DNA of 64,000 nucleotides. Source: Phycisphaeraceae bacterium. GTDB lineage: Bacteria > Planctomycetota > Phycisphaerae > Phycisphaerales > Phycisphaeraceae. The notes beneath the pieces were generated by a model. It worked only from the letters and a program-made list of their open reading frames with translations. It made no database searches and was not told where the DNA came from. The translations under genes were made by a program, and so were the position numbers. The stretch is from assembly GCA_963674705.1 (NCBI GenBank), contig OY771506.1, forward strand, positions 4,960,001 to 5,024,000, written 5' to 3'. Below are positions 1-9,678 of this stretch, in pieces (position 1 is the first letter of the stretch; each line of letters opens with the position of its first letter).

Positions 1-37
1 CTAATGGCTAACGGCTAACCGCTAATGGCTTTCCAAC

Positions 38-958
38 TCACATCCCGCCCATCAGAACAGCGAGCATGCCCTTCTGAGCGTGCAGCCGGTTGTGGGCCTC
101 GGGGAAGACGCGGCTGCGCGGGCCGTCCATCACTTCGTCGGTGATCTCAACACCGCGATAGGCCGGCAGGCAGTGAAGAACGATCGCGTGGTCGGCCGCG
201 TGCGAGAGCAGGCTGTCGTTGACCTGATAACCTTTAAACGCCTGCTCCCGTGCCTGCTTTTCAGCTTCCTGGCCCATGGATGTGAAGGTATCGGTAAAGA
301 CCGCATCGACACCCTTCACCGCTTCGATCGGATTCTCAGTGATCATCAGATCGAGTTCCGGGGCGTCGCTCATGATCGCCTTGCGGGTGTCCTTCGTGAA
401 TGCGTAACCTCCGGGACTCGCCAGGACGAAACGTACACCCAGCTTGCCGCAGAGGATCGCGACGCTGCGAGCGACGTTGTTGCCGTCGCCGATGAACGCA
501 ACGGATCGCCCATTCAGGTCCATACCAAACTCATCCTGTAGCGTCATGATATCGGCCAGCGCCTGACAGGGGTGCGATTCATCGCTGAGCATGTTGACGA
601 CCGGCACGCCGGCGTATTCCGCCATGTCGATCAGTTTCTGGTGCTCGAAAACTCGGGCCGCCACGCCGTGTACCATCCCGCCGAGCACCTTGGCGACATC
701 GCTGACCGCTTCCCGCTTACCCAAGCCGACTTCCTGACCCATCACGATCGAATGTCCGCCAAGCTCGATCATCGCCTGCTCGAAACTGACGCGCGTGCGC
801 AGACTCGGTTTCTCAAACAGCATCGCAAGCGTCTGGCCAGCCAGCACAGGCTTGTTGGCCTTACCCGCATCGCGTTCATCCCGCAGCGTCTTGGCGACCT
901 GCAGCATGTGCTTGAGTTCCTCGGTGGTGGCATCAGCGATAGATAGAAAATGTTGCAT
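38..958 (-). CDS. argF: ornithine carbamoyltransferase
   Basis: FEKPSLRTRVSF, HPCQALAD, FTSMGQE, HCLPA and EAHNRLH motifs. ATG at 958 is preceded by AGGA. Lies next to argB. Confidence 0.95.
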   Translation of the reverse strand: MQHFLSIADATTEELKHMLQVAKTLRDERDAGKANKPVLAGQTLAMLFEKPSLRTRVSFEQAMIELGGHSIVMGQEVGLGKREAVSDVAKVLGGMVHGVAARVFEHQKLIDMAEYAGVPVVNMLSDESHPCQALADIMTLQDEFGMDLNGRSVAFIGDGNNVARSVAILCGKLGVRFVLASPGGYAFTKDTRKAIMSDAPELDLMITENPIEAVKGVDAVFTDTFTSMGQEAEKQAREQAFKGYQVNDSLLSHAADHAIVLHCLPAYRGVEITDEVMDGPRSRVFPEAHNRLHAQKGMLAVLMGGM

Positions 959-993
959 GGCTATTCCTGCTATTCCCCAAAAATAAATCATGT

Positions 994-1110
994 AGCCGCG
1001 AATACACGCAAATCAACGTGAATCAGAAGTTGATTCAATACAACACTTCTATTTGCGTTTATTAGCGTTCATTTGCGGCTTAAAGTCCTTCTTCGCGCCT
1101 TCGCGGTTAA
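994..1110. repeat. long inverted repeat with periodic arms (994-1023 / 1051-1080), followed by CTTCGCGCCTTCGCGG
   Basis: agccgcgaatacacgcaaatcaacgtgaat pairs imperfectly with atttgcgtttattagcgttcatttgcggct. Confidence 0.75.
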
Positions 1111-1113
1111 TTC

Positions 1114-1986
1114 CTATAAAACGATTTCCGTCCCGATTCCCTTGCCCGTGTAGACCTCCAGCAGCGACGAGTGCTTGATGCGGCCGTCGATGATGTGGGC
1201 TTTGGAGACGCCTCCGGCCAACGCGATGAAACTGGATTCGACCTTCGGCAGCATGCCGGCCTGGATCACACCTTCGTCAACGAGTTTCTCGATCTCGGAT
1301 TTTGTCAGGGTGCTGGCCAGATCGTCAGGATCGTCAGACAAGCGGATGCCGTGGGTATCGGAAATCAGGATGAGTTTTTCGGCCTTGACAGCGGCGGCGA
1401 CGTATCCGGCGACGCTGTCGGCGTTGACGTTGAGCTTGCTGCCCGAGGGATCGCGCGCGATCGGGGCGATCACCGGGATATAGTTCGCTTCGGTCACGGC
1501 TCCGAGGATGTCGGCGTTGACCCATTCGACCTCACCGACGAAGCCGATATCGATCTTCCGACCTTCCTCGCCGTTGAGGAACAGGCGCTTACCGAACACG
1601 GCACAACTCGCGAGGCTGTGCAACGGCATCGGCTTGTGACCGAGTTCTCTGATGTAGCCGGCAATCTGTTTGTTGATCGTGTTGACCAGCACGTGCTCAG
1701 CAATCGCCAGTGTACGCTCGTCGGTATAGCGACGCCCCTGGACGAACTGGGCCTCGAGCCCGGCCTCTTTCATCGCCTCGGTGATGCCCTTGCCACCGCC
1801 ATGCACGATGATCGGGCGCATGCCGACCGCGGACATGAAGCAGATATCGCTGACCACGCTCTGCAGGTCATCAGGCTGGTCCATGATCGACCCGCCGACC
1901 TTCACAACGATGGCTTTGCCGGCGAACCGGCGGATGTATTGGTGAGCCTCGACCAGCGAGGCGGCTTTGTTAATGGCGTCTTGCAC
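1114..1986 (-). CDS. argB: acetylglutamate kinase
   Basis: VVKVGGS, IIVHGGGK, NVNADSVA, GMLPKV and HIIDGR motifs. GTG start at 1986 follows GGAG. Confidence 0.95.
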   Translation of the reverse strand: MQDAINKAASLVEAHQYIRRFAGKAIVVKVGGSIMDQPDDLQSVVSDICFMSAVGMRPIIVHGGGKGITEAMKEAGLEAQFVQGRRYTDERTLAIAEHVLVNTINKQIAGYIRELGHKPMPLHSLASCAVFGKRLFLNGEEGRKIDIGFVGEVEWVNADILGAVTEANYIPVIAPIARDPSGSKLNVNADSVAGYVAAAVKAEKLILISDTHGIRLSDDPDDLASTLTKSEIEKLVDEGVIQAGMLPKVESSFIALAGGVSKAHIIDGRIKHSSLLEVYTGKGIGTEIVL

Positions 1987-2417
1987 CGTATGGCTCCACG
2001 AAACGAGGCGAAACGAAGGATTGTACCACTGCCCAGCACTCCTCACAAGCCGTAGAGGTCGCCTGATACGGCACCGAACGCACAGGGCGAACCGTCCAGA
2101 CACAACAGGAATCCGTCCCTCCCAAAGCCCCGCCTTCTTGCGAGAGTCGGGTTCACTCCACACCAATCGCGCACTGCAACTCAGCGGATGTTCACAAGGT
2201 GATCGATCGTGTTGATCAAAGTGCAAAGACCGGGACAAAAACTGTAAAACTACTAATAAATCTGACAAAGAATGGTTCTCAATTCACCATTTTTCAATTG
2301 TTAAATTCCCGTTGACTCAAACTCACAACTTCTTAACATTAGTTTTAATAGTTTGATCCAACTCAACCTGCAATCAGCAGTAGCCGACTTAACACAGTTA
2401 ACAATAGGGTTGTATGA

Positions 2418-3251
2418 GTGGCCGTTAACGACTTTCAAACATTGTTTCAGAAGTACCGGTTACGTGCGGTGGTCCTCATGGCCGGCTGCACGTTATTGGT
2501 CACCATCCTGAGCCTGGGGGCCCACGTCATGTGGATCGAGCACATGCCGGGCTCAGGCACGGCCCTGGTCTTATTCAGCCTGAACCGGGAAATGAGCCTG
2601 GGCACATGGTGGTCGGCAACGGTCCTTGCGGGACTGGGGGCACTGACCGGATTGATCTGCCTGTTGCAACCCGATGCCAGTCGGAGCGAACGATTGGCCT
2701 TACTCACGCTGGCGGCAGGCTTCGTGTTTCTTTCGATCGATGAAACCTGCATGCTGCACGAACGCCTTGGCGGCAAGATCCACGTCGAAGGCCTGATGCA
2801 TCATGCCCGTTGGGCCGTGATCTGGTTACCTCCGGCACTGCTCATCACCGGCATCGTCATGTGGCGGCTCTGGCACACCCGTAAGAAGTTTGTCATCGGT
2901 ATGTGCCTGGGGATCGCGATCTATCTCGGCGGCGCGGTCGGCATGGAAAGCTTCAACTCCGCCCAACGTGTCAAAGCAGAAGTCCGTCTGGGGATTGATC
3001 CGGAACATTCAGAAGATACCAACCAGAGCTTCGTGCCTGAAGACTGGCGGCGAGATCGAGCGTACTACCCCTTCGTCATCGGGACCAACATCGAAGAGTT
3101 CCTCGAAATGCTGGGGCCTCTGATCTGGTTATGGGTGCTGCTCGATTGGCACAACCTGAGAAGTCAAGCCCAAGACAGTAAACAAGAAAACGCAATGGCT
3201 CCCGCAAAACCCCTCATCCAGCCTGATACGGCCATGACCGCCAAACACTGA
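2418..3251 (+). CDS. hypothetical multi-pass membrane protein
   Basis: Several hydrophobic helices; 'FLSIDE..LHE' and 'EEFLEMLG' motifs. Confidence 0.7.
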   Translation: MAVNDFQTLFQKYRLRAVVLMAGCTLLVTILSLGAHVMWIEHMPGSGTALVLFSLNREMSLGTWWSATVLAGLGALTGLICLLQPDASRSERLALLTLAAGFVFLSIDETCMLHERLGGKIHVEGLMHHARWAVIWLPPALLITGIVMWRLWHTRKKFVIGMCLGIAIYLGGAVGMESFNSAQRVKAEVRLGIDPEHSEDTNQSFVPEDWRRDRAYYPFVIGTNIEEFLEMLGPLIWLWVLLDWHNLRSQAQDSKQENAMAPAKPLIQPDTAMTAKH

Positions 3252-3259
3252 AGTATTCG

Positions 3260-3799
3260 TCAGATCTGTCCACGCTGATTCTGGATGGCCTCTGCCAGAT
3301 GCAGCGCTGATTCGCACAATTCCTTCGTCCGCAACAGCACCTGCTCGTCCGCGGGTTCATCGGACTCGAAGTGGTCGCCTGTCGCGTAGACAAACCGGGG
3401 CACGATCAGGCAGCGGAAGTCCAGCATAAGGCTGTTGGCAAGCGGCATGATGGACATGTAGCTGCCCTGGCCCCCTGCCGTGCAGATGAAGCCCACGACC
3501 TTGTTGGTCCAGGCCCGGCCGGTCAGTTCGATCAGGTTCTTGGCTGCCGCATTGACATCGTAGTTATAGATCGGGACCGCCAGAAGGATCAGCGGCGCTT
3601 CGGAGATCATGGCCGCCAGCGGCGCGACATTCTCGTGTTGATACGACGCTCCGCCGTCACAGATCGGCAATGCCGTCTGACGCAGGTCCACGAGCCGCGT
3701 GTCAGGCGCAGACTGCTTCAGGACGTCCACGGCATGTTCAGCCAACAAGGCGGATCGGCTCGACGGATTCAAAGAGCAGATGATAACGAGAGGTTTCAT
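3260..3799 (-). CDS. NADPH-dependent FMN reductase family protein
   Basis: 'SLNPSSRS', 'PIYNY...AAKNLIE' flavodoxin-like motifs. Confidence 0.85.
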   Translation of the reverse strand: MKPLVIICSLNPSSRSALLAEHAVDVLKQSAPDTRLVDLRQTALPICDGGASYQHENVAPLAAMISEAPLILLAVPIYNYDVNAAAKNLIELTGRAWTNKVVGFICTAGGQGSYMSIMPLANSLMLDFRCLIVPRFVYATGDHFESDEPADEQVLLRTKELCESALHLAEAIQNQRGQI

Positions 3800-3913
3800 A
3801 TCGCGGATTATAGACTAGACAGAAAAAGTGATATTGTGATTAATAAATCCAGTGTTTCCCGACCTTAGTCATGGCTGCTATAGTTAAGCAACGCTATATC
3901 GAAGGAATCGATC

Positions 3914-4453
3914 ATGAATATCATATTACATCACAGGCTCTTGCTGACCGCGTCACTGGCCCTGATGCTGACCACGGCCCCCGCCATCGCCGCTGAAGGT
4001 GAACTGCCTGCCGAGGATCAGGCGGATATGACGGCTGTGGATGCGGCCGTGAGTGAACCCGTTACCGACGAATCCATGGCTGGCGAACCTGCTGCCGACG
4101 AACCGGCAAGCGAGATGGACCATAACAACACAAGAATCTCGATCGGCGACCCCATCAGCATGGATCGCTCGGACTGGCCCGTGGTCGAGATCGCCCCGGC
4201 AGACGGCGCGGTCACGCATAATCCGACATACATGGGTTCGGTCCCCATGGGTGAAGACGAGGTCAGTCCGCTGCACGCACCGGACCCGGTCTGGCAGATC
4301 CAGGAAGCGCTGCGTGGTGCGACCGCCGAGAACTACAGTGCCGAAAACACCCGGGACTTGGTTACGCAGCCGTTCATCGGGCTGGCGCAGTTCGTACTGA
4401 TCCCGTTTGAAGCGGTCATCGAGCACCCCTGGTCAGAAGTGACCTCTGAATAA
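3914..4453 (+). CDS. secreted hypothetical protein
   Basis: Signal peptide ending AIA-A, AAGGA RBS, acidic low-complexity N-terminus. Confidence 0.65.
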   Translation: MNIILHHRLLLTASLALMLTTAPAIAAEGELPAEDQADMTAVDAAVSEPVTDESMAGEPAADEPASEMDHNNTRISIGDPISMDRSDWPVVEIAPADGAVTHNPTYMGSVPMGEDEVSPLHAPDPVWQIQEALRGATAENYSAENTRDLVTQPFIGLAQFVLIPFEAVIEHPWSEVTSE

Positions 4454-4509
4454 GTTTTTGACGATTCATCACAGCCGGGAGTGATGCCGACTGATCGGGC
4501 AATCCGACC

Positions 4510-7293
4510 ATGGCCAATATCACATACGATCATCAGAGTTTTTCGATCGACGGCAGGCGCATCTGGCTCGTCAGCGCCGCGATCCATTACCCGCGCACGC
4601 CCCACCAGCTCTGGCGCAAACGCATCCGCGCAGCGAAGCAGGCGGGGTGCAACTGCATCGAGACTTATGTCTTCTGGAACGTACACGAAACCGAGCCCGG
4701 CGTGTTCGACTTTGCCGGCGACCGTGACCTGCGAGCGTTTATCAAGATCGTCGGCGAAGAGGGGATGTTCTGTTATCTGAGACCTGGGCCTTACATCTGT
4801 GCCGAGTGGGACTTCGGCGGCCTACCCGCGTGGCTGAACAACATCGAAGACATCGACTTCCGTACCGCCAACGGCCCGTTTCTCGAAGCCAGCGCCCGTT
4901 ACATCGGTGCGGTCATGGAGCAGGTGCGCGACCTTCAGATCACCTCCAAACCCGCGACGGATACGAAGTGGCCGAAACAGGTCTCGCAATCCAGGCAAAG
5001 CGGTTATCGCGGTGAGGGCGGCGGGCCGATCGTGTTGATGCAGACCGAGAACGAATGGTTCTGCACCAGCGATGAACTGCACGACAGCTACCTGCTGGAA
5101 AATGTGCGCCACCTGCGCGAGAACGGCTGCACCGTTCCGATCACGAACTGCAACAAACTCTGGCAGCGCGTTGATGGCACGATCGACACGTGGAACGACA
5201 AACAGCATCTACCCGCCACGATGCGGCAACTCGCCACGCTCCAGCCGGACGCGCCGAGGATCGTCACCGAGTTCTGGCCCGGCTGGTTCGACCTCTGGGG
5301 CAAACCGCACAACACCGAAGATAAACCCGACGACGTACTACACCGCTTGGCCGGAATCTTGAGCGCCGGCTCGATGTACAACATCTACATGTTCCATGGC
5401 GGGACACACTCCGGCTTCAGCTCCGGCCGATTGACCGAACACCCCGGCACGTACTTCCCGACAAGCTACGACTACGACGCCCCACTGCTCGAAGCCGGCG
5501 GTCGTGCGGAGAAGTACGACGCGGTTAAACGTGTATCGATGTTCGCAAGCCACTTTGGCGAAGTCTTCGCAAACCTGTCGAACACGCCGATGCACACGAC
5601 GATCGCGCCGGATGCCGACGACCATCCCCCTGCTGTGACCCAATTATCCGGTTCGCGTGGCGATGTAATTTTTATTCTGCGTGGCAAGAAAGACAAGACA
5701 AAGCAACTGGACCTGCTGTTACCGCAAGGCCAGACGCTGCCGGTTCAATTGGGAAGCGATCGTGCCGCGTGGCTATTGTTGAATGCAAAGCTGTCTGATG
5801 AATTACTGATCGACTACACGAACCTCCGGCCGTTCGCTTATCTAAACGCCAAGATTCTCGTGTTGTTCGGCCCCGCAGGTACAGATGGGTTGATCTCGAT
5901 CAACGGCGCTCCGCTGATCGTGTCCGTACCGAACGGCAAGCAGCCGCACGTTCAGCAGGTTGATGGCCTTACACTGGTTGTGCTCAACGAAGACCAGGCC
6001 GATGCAGCTTACGTGTTGGCCGACGGGTTGGTTGTTGGTGCCGCCGGTCTGGATGATGAAGACAACCCCATCCCACGCAACGGTTGGGCGACGTGCTACC
6101 AGATTGATTTGGCAGGCAAAGTCGGCAAGCAATCGCAAAAAACAGAACGCAAACCCGCCGCACCGAAACTCACCGATTGGCAGCACGCAACACTCGGTAC
6201 GCTACTGGACGGCAGCGACCCGTCGTACCAACCCATCGATGGGCCGGCCAGCCTCGAATCGCTCGGACAATACAACAGCTACGGCTGGTACCGCGTGCCG
6301 GTCACAAAAACAAACTCCGGCAAACTGCTCTGGCCCGATACTGACGACCGCCTGCACCTCTACGACAACGGCAAGCTGCTGACAATCATCGGCGCCGGTG
6401 ATGATGCGGACGATCAGCCTACTGGAATCAAGTTAAACGACACACTCACCGTCCTCGCGGACAACATGGGTCGTTTCCACTACGGCCACAAGATGGGTGA
6501 ACCGAAAGGTATCGCGGGACACCTGTACAAGGTCAGCGCGGTAAAACTCGCCAAGCCTAAGATCACACGCCAGCCCGCACCCGATCCGTTTAAGTTCATC
6601 GGTACTGCCTTCGGTAAACAACAGGGCCACCGCCCACCTGCGCAGGCGCTTACCTGGACCGTCACGCCGGACGGCCGAAAGCCATTGATCCTTGAAACCG
6701 GCATGAACCTGCCCGACTGCGTCATCATGATGAACGGTGAACCCGTCGGCCTGCACTTTAAGAGCGATAAACCCAGCGGCGATCGTTTCGTCCTTGAGCC
6801 CGGCGTCGGCCCCGTCAAAGGCGGTAAGAATCAACTCGAACTCGCGCTATACGAACCGCTGCCCGACGGTGTCGACCCACTCAAGTCGATCAAGCTATAC
6901 AAAGTCACCGATATCGTCAGCGATAAGCGCGGCCAGTGGAGTTTCAGCAAGTGGGCGCCGCCTGCCGACGATGCTTTTGAAGATTTGCCAAAGTCCACAC
7001 CATCGCAGCCCGCATGGTTCCGCGCGACGTTCAACGTCAAGCAGAACGATGTCCCGCTCTGGTTGGAACCGGTCGGCATGAGCAAGGGGCAGGTCTTCTT
7101 AAACGGCCACAATGTCGGTCGATACTGGGTCGCCACCCGCACCGGCAAGAAAGTCCCACCCCAAGAGGCCTACTACCTGCCCGAACCCTGGCTCAACGTC
7201 GACAGCGAAAACGAACTGCTCATCTTCGACGAGCACGGCAAACTGCCAAACAAGTGCAAACTCGTCTACAACGAGAACGGGCCGTACGGGTAA
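4510..7293 (+). CDS. glycoside hydrolase family 35 beta-galactosidase
   Basis: IHYPR, ETYVFWNVHE, LRPGPYICAEWDFGGLPAWL, QTENE, EFWPGWFD, YMFHGGT, SYDYDAPL and KGQVFLNGHNVGRYW motifs. Confidence 0.93.
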   Translation: MANITYDHQSFSIDGRRIWLVSAAIHYPRTPHQLWRKRIRAAKQAGCNCIETYVFWNVHETEPGVFDFAGDRDLRAFIKIVGEEGMFCYLRPGPYICAEWDFGGLPAWLNNIEDIDFRTANGPFLEASARYIGAVMEQVRDLQITSKPATDTKWPKQVSQSRQSGYRGEGGGPIVLMQTENEWFCTSDELHDSYLLENVRHLRENGCTVPITNCNKLWQRVDGTIDTWNDKQHLPATMRQLATLQPDAPRIVTEFWPGWFDLWGKPHNTEDKPDDVLHRLAGILSAGSMYNIYMFHGGTHSGFSSGRLTEHPGTYFPTSYDYDAPLLEAGGRAEKYDAVKRVSMFASHFGEVFANLSNTPMHTTIAPDADDHPPAVTQLSGSRGDVIFILRGKKDKTKQLDLLLPQGQTLPVQLGSDRAAWLLLNAKLSDELLIDYTNLRPFAYLNAKILVLFGPAGTDGLISINGAPLIVSVPNGKQPHVQQVDGLTLVVLNEDQADAAYVLADGLVVGAAGLDDEDNPIPRNGWATCYQIDLAGKVGKQSQKTERKPAAPKLTDWQHATLGTLLDGSDPSYQPIDGPASLESLGQYNSYGWYRVPVTKTNSGKLLWPDTDDRLHLYDNGKLLTIIGAGDDADDQPTGIKLNDTLTVLADNMGRFHYGHKMGEPKGIAGHLYKVSAVKLAKPKITRQPAPDPFKFIGTAFGKQQGHRPPAQALTWTVTPDGRKPLILETGMNLPDCVIMMNGEPVGLHFKSDKPSGDRFVLEPGVGPVKGGKNQLELALYEPLPDGVDPLKSIKLYKVTDIVSDKRGQWSFSKWAPPADDAFEDLPKSTPSQPAWFRATFNVKQNDVPLWLEPVGMSKGQVFLNGHNVGRYWVATRTGKKVPPQEAYYLPEPWLNVDSENELLIFDEHGKLPNKCKLVYNENGPYG

Positions 7294-7416
7294 CAGGGAT
7301 GAACACAGATGAACACGGATAAGAAGTCATTTTTCTTTGTCCAATTCTAATCTTCATCTGTGTTTATCCGTGTGCATCCCTATTCCATTATTCTCTGTGT
7401 CTTCATGCCCTTCGTG
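7292..7416. repeat. long inverted repeat with GATGAACAC-type arms (7292-7320 / 7356-7384), followed by CTTCATGCCCTTCGTG
   Basis: aacagggatgaacacagatgaacacggat pairs with atctgtgtttatccgtgtgcatccctatt. The left arm overlaps the GH35 stop codon. Confidence 0.85.
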
Positions 7417-7448
7417 ATATCCTGTAGTTAATACACAGGAGTCTCGAC

Positions 7449-7991
7449 TTGAGTTCAAACACTTCCAATCAACATCACCAGCACGCCCAAGGCAAAACCG
7501 CCCGCTGTGCGGTGCTTACCGTCAGCGACACGCGCGTAACCGATAGCGACGTCGGCGGGAAACTCATCATCGACCTGCTCAAACAGGCCGGCCACACCGT
7601 CAGCGACTACACCATCGTCCGCGACGAACCCACCCAGATCGACCACCAACTAAAATCCTGGCTCGGTCTTCTAGACCAGCCACCAGCCACCAGTCACCAG
7701 CCACCCGACCTCATCATCACCACCGGCGGCACCGGCATCGCCCAACGCGACACCACCATCGAAGTCGCCCAACGCCTGATCCAAAAACAACTACCCGGCT
7801 TCGGCGAACTGTTCCGCATGCTCAGCTACGAACAGGTCGGCCCCGCCGCGATGCTCAGCCGAGCCGTCGCAGGATTGGCAGGCGAAACCTTGATCTTCAC
7901 GCTGCCGGGTTCACCTAACGCGGTGAGATTGGCAATGGAGAAGCTGATTATCCCGGAACTGGCGCACATGGTCTGGGAGCGGGGGAGATAA
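7449..7991 (+). CDS. moaB: MogA/MoaB molybdenum cofactor biosynthesis protein
   Basis: LTVSD, TTGGTG..RD.T.E, LPGFGELFR, MLSRAVAG and LPGSPNAV motifs. Confidence 0.88.
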   Translation: MSSNTSNQHHQHAQGKTARCAVLTVSDTRVTDSDVGGKLIIDLLKQAGHTVSDYTIVRDEPTQIDHQLKSWLGLLDQPPATSHQPPDLIITTGGTGIAQRDTTIEVAQRLIQKQLPGFGELFRMLSYEQVGPAAMLSRAVAGLAGETLIFTLPGSPNAVRLAMEKLIIPELAHMVWERGR

Positions 7992-8014
7992 TAGTTTATC
8001 AGCAGGAAGCCCCA

Positions 8015-8569
8015 ATGCTTGAGTTGAAGTACTTTAGATACTCGTTCCTCCTGCTCCTCCTGAGTTGTCTTTTGCTGCTCATTGTAAGAGTACTTCAAGA
8101 CACATATAACCTAAGTGCGGCATGGATTTTTTTGCCGTTAGGGATTGGAACGATTGGAGTCATTGGGATTACATGGATTTCACCGTATATAGGCAGCTCT
8201 GACGCCTCTTATCTTTTCATCAGTTCACCAAAAGAAACTGTACGCTTTTTCAAATTACTAATCTGGGCAGTACCTTCATCCGTTGCGGTAAGTGCGCCTT
8301 GCATCCTGATATGTGAAGCTGTTTTCCCGAGTGACCTAACCACCACACAAATCGTAAGTATTTCTCTGGTATATTCTATACTTGCTATCACCTCATGTGT
8401 CATCAGTTATTATCTCTCAAAACCAATAGCGAGCAATGTTCGTGCACTAGCTATTACTCGACAACTCTGTTTCGAGTGTGGTTATGACCTGCGTTGTAAT
8501 CCTGACACATCGGCATGCCCGGAGTGTGGGGCGGAGGTGCCGCACATGGTTTCGGAGCAGGAAAGATAA
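8015..8569 (+). CDS. membrane protein with C-terminal CxxC-CxxC zinc ribbon
   Basis: About 4 TM segments, then CFECGYDLRCNPDTSACPECG. Visibly AT-richer than the flanking genes. Confidence 0.75.
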   Translation: MLELKYFRYSFLLLLLSCLLLLIVRVLQDTYNLSAAWIFLPLGIGTIGVIGITWISPYIGSSDASYLFISSPKETVRFFKLLIWAVPSSVAVSAPCILICEAVFPSDLTTTQIVSISLVYSILAITSCVISYYLSKPIASNVRALAITRQLCFECGYDLRCNPDTSACPECGAEVPHMVSEQER

Positions 8570-8577
8570 GGAAAACA

Positions 8578-9096
8578 ATGCAACTTTGGCCGAAAGAACG
8601 CTATCGACGCATATCGGTGTTGCTGATGGTATTACCATTACCGTTGGTAGCGCCCGTCATATTCGGATTGGTGCATTACGACAGAGGCCCCATACACAAG
8701 CTATGCGTCATACTCATTGCGTTACTTAATATTTCTGTCATCGCGGGCATTCTGGATGCCGCTTGGGTGTGTACTTATCTAGCGACCAATGACGACAATC
8801 ATGTGTTTGCTTACCCTCCCAAAGCCACGTTACGCCGATTTCTCTTTGGCGTCTGGCTGACACCTTTGCTTCTCGTTGCAGGTGGCTTCGCCGTCGTGGG
8901 CTGGGCCACCGTATTTGCATTCCTGGCTCTGATACCGTCAGCTTTCATCGGCCTTAAGCTGAAACCTCGCATGATCCGATTGGCACATAGACGCAAGCTG
9001 TGCTTTGATTGCGGCTACGACTTGCGCGGTAATCCCAATGCACAGACGTGCCCGGAGTGCGGGGCGGAGGTGCTGGACAAGCAGGAATCAAGCTGA
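8578..9096 (+). CDS. membrane protein with C-terminal CxxC-CxxC zinc ribbon (shares its C-terminus with the preceding gene)
   Basis: ATG at 8578 follows AAGGA; TM segments, then CFDCGYDLRGNPNAQTCPECG. Confidence 0.75.
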   Translation: MQLWPKERYRRISVLLMVLPLPLVAPVIFGLVHYDRGPIHKLCVILIALLNISVIAGILDAAWVCTYLATNDDNHVFAYPPKATLRRFLFGVWLTPLLLVAGGFAVVGWATVFAFLALIPSAFIGLKLKPRMIRLAHRRKLCFDCGYDLRGNPNAQTCPECGAEVLDKQESS

Positions 9097-9123
9097 GTGA
9101 ATCAATACCACCCCGGACCACCC

Positions 9124-9160
9124 CGGCCAAAGCCCTGCGGGCTATGACCGGGCTTTGGGG
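9124..9160. repeat. dispersed repeat (inverted copy at 50381-50419)
   Basis: cggccaaagcc-ctgcg-ggctatgaccgggctttgggg matches the reverse complement of 50381-50419 except in the loop. Confidence 0.85.
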
Positions 9161-9261
9161 TAATAGTAATCCCTACACCCCAAAATCCTATCCTTGTTCA
9201 TCCGTGCCCATCCCTGTTCCATGCCTTGGCGATCCCTCCCCAGACCACCTACAATACTCTT

Positions 9262-9588
9262 ATGAGTGAATCGACATCAGATACGAAAAATCCCGTCCTG
9301 GAGACGGTGGAGCCGATTGGTAAGCGGGTGTTGATCCGCAAGGATCAGGACAAGAAGCAGACCAAGTCGGGCATCCACCTGCCGGACAAGATAGAGATCC
9401 CGACGCTGACCGGGCGGGTGGTGGAGGTCTCGGCCGAGGTGGCCAGCGACTCGAACTACCCGATCGTCCAGTACGACCGCGTGCTGTTCAACCCCAAGGA
9501 AGCGATTCCCGTCGACTTCGAGGGCGACAACCGCCTGTTCGTCGTCCCGGTCGAAAACATCGTCGCGGTGTTCCGGAAGGCGAAGTAG
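9262..9588 (+). CDS. groES: GroES/Cpn10-family co-chaperonin, stand-alone
   Basis: PIGKRVLI..TKSGIHLPD..GRVVEV..DRVLF..IVAV pattern. Confidence 0.8.
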   Translation: MSESTSDTKNPVLETVEPIGKRVLIRKDQDKKQTKSGIHLPDKIEIPTLTGRVVEVSAEVASDSNYPIVQYDRVLFNPKEAIPVDFEGDNRLFVVPVENIVAVFRKAK

Positions 9589-9607
9589 TACTTACTTATC
9601 ACCGAAA

Positions 9608-9650
9608 CCCACGGATGCAATCCGTGGGACCCACCCATGCAATGGGTGGG
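9608..9650. repeat. tandem REP-like hairpin doublet
   Basis: cccacggat-gca-atccgtggg and cccacccat-gca-atgggtggg, 1 nt apart. Confidence 0.7.
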
Positions 9651-9678
9651 CTTCCATCACGACTCCCAACTAACGAAA

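Noticed and set aside
1987..2268. N-terminal extensions in the ORF track (argB here; likewise the 41588, 43597, 47764, 49731 and 50878 ORFs)
   Set aside because: Family motifs and RBSs point to downstream starts; the extensions run through intergenic, terminator or repeat DNA.
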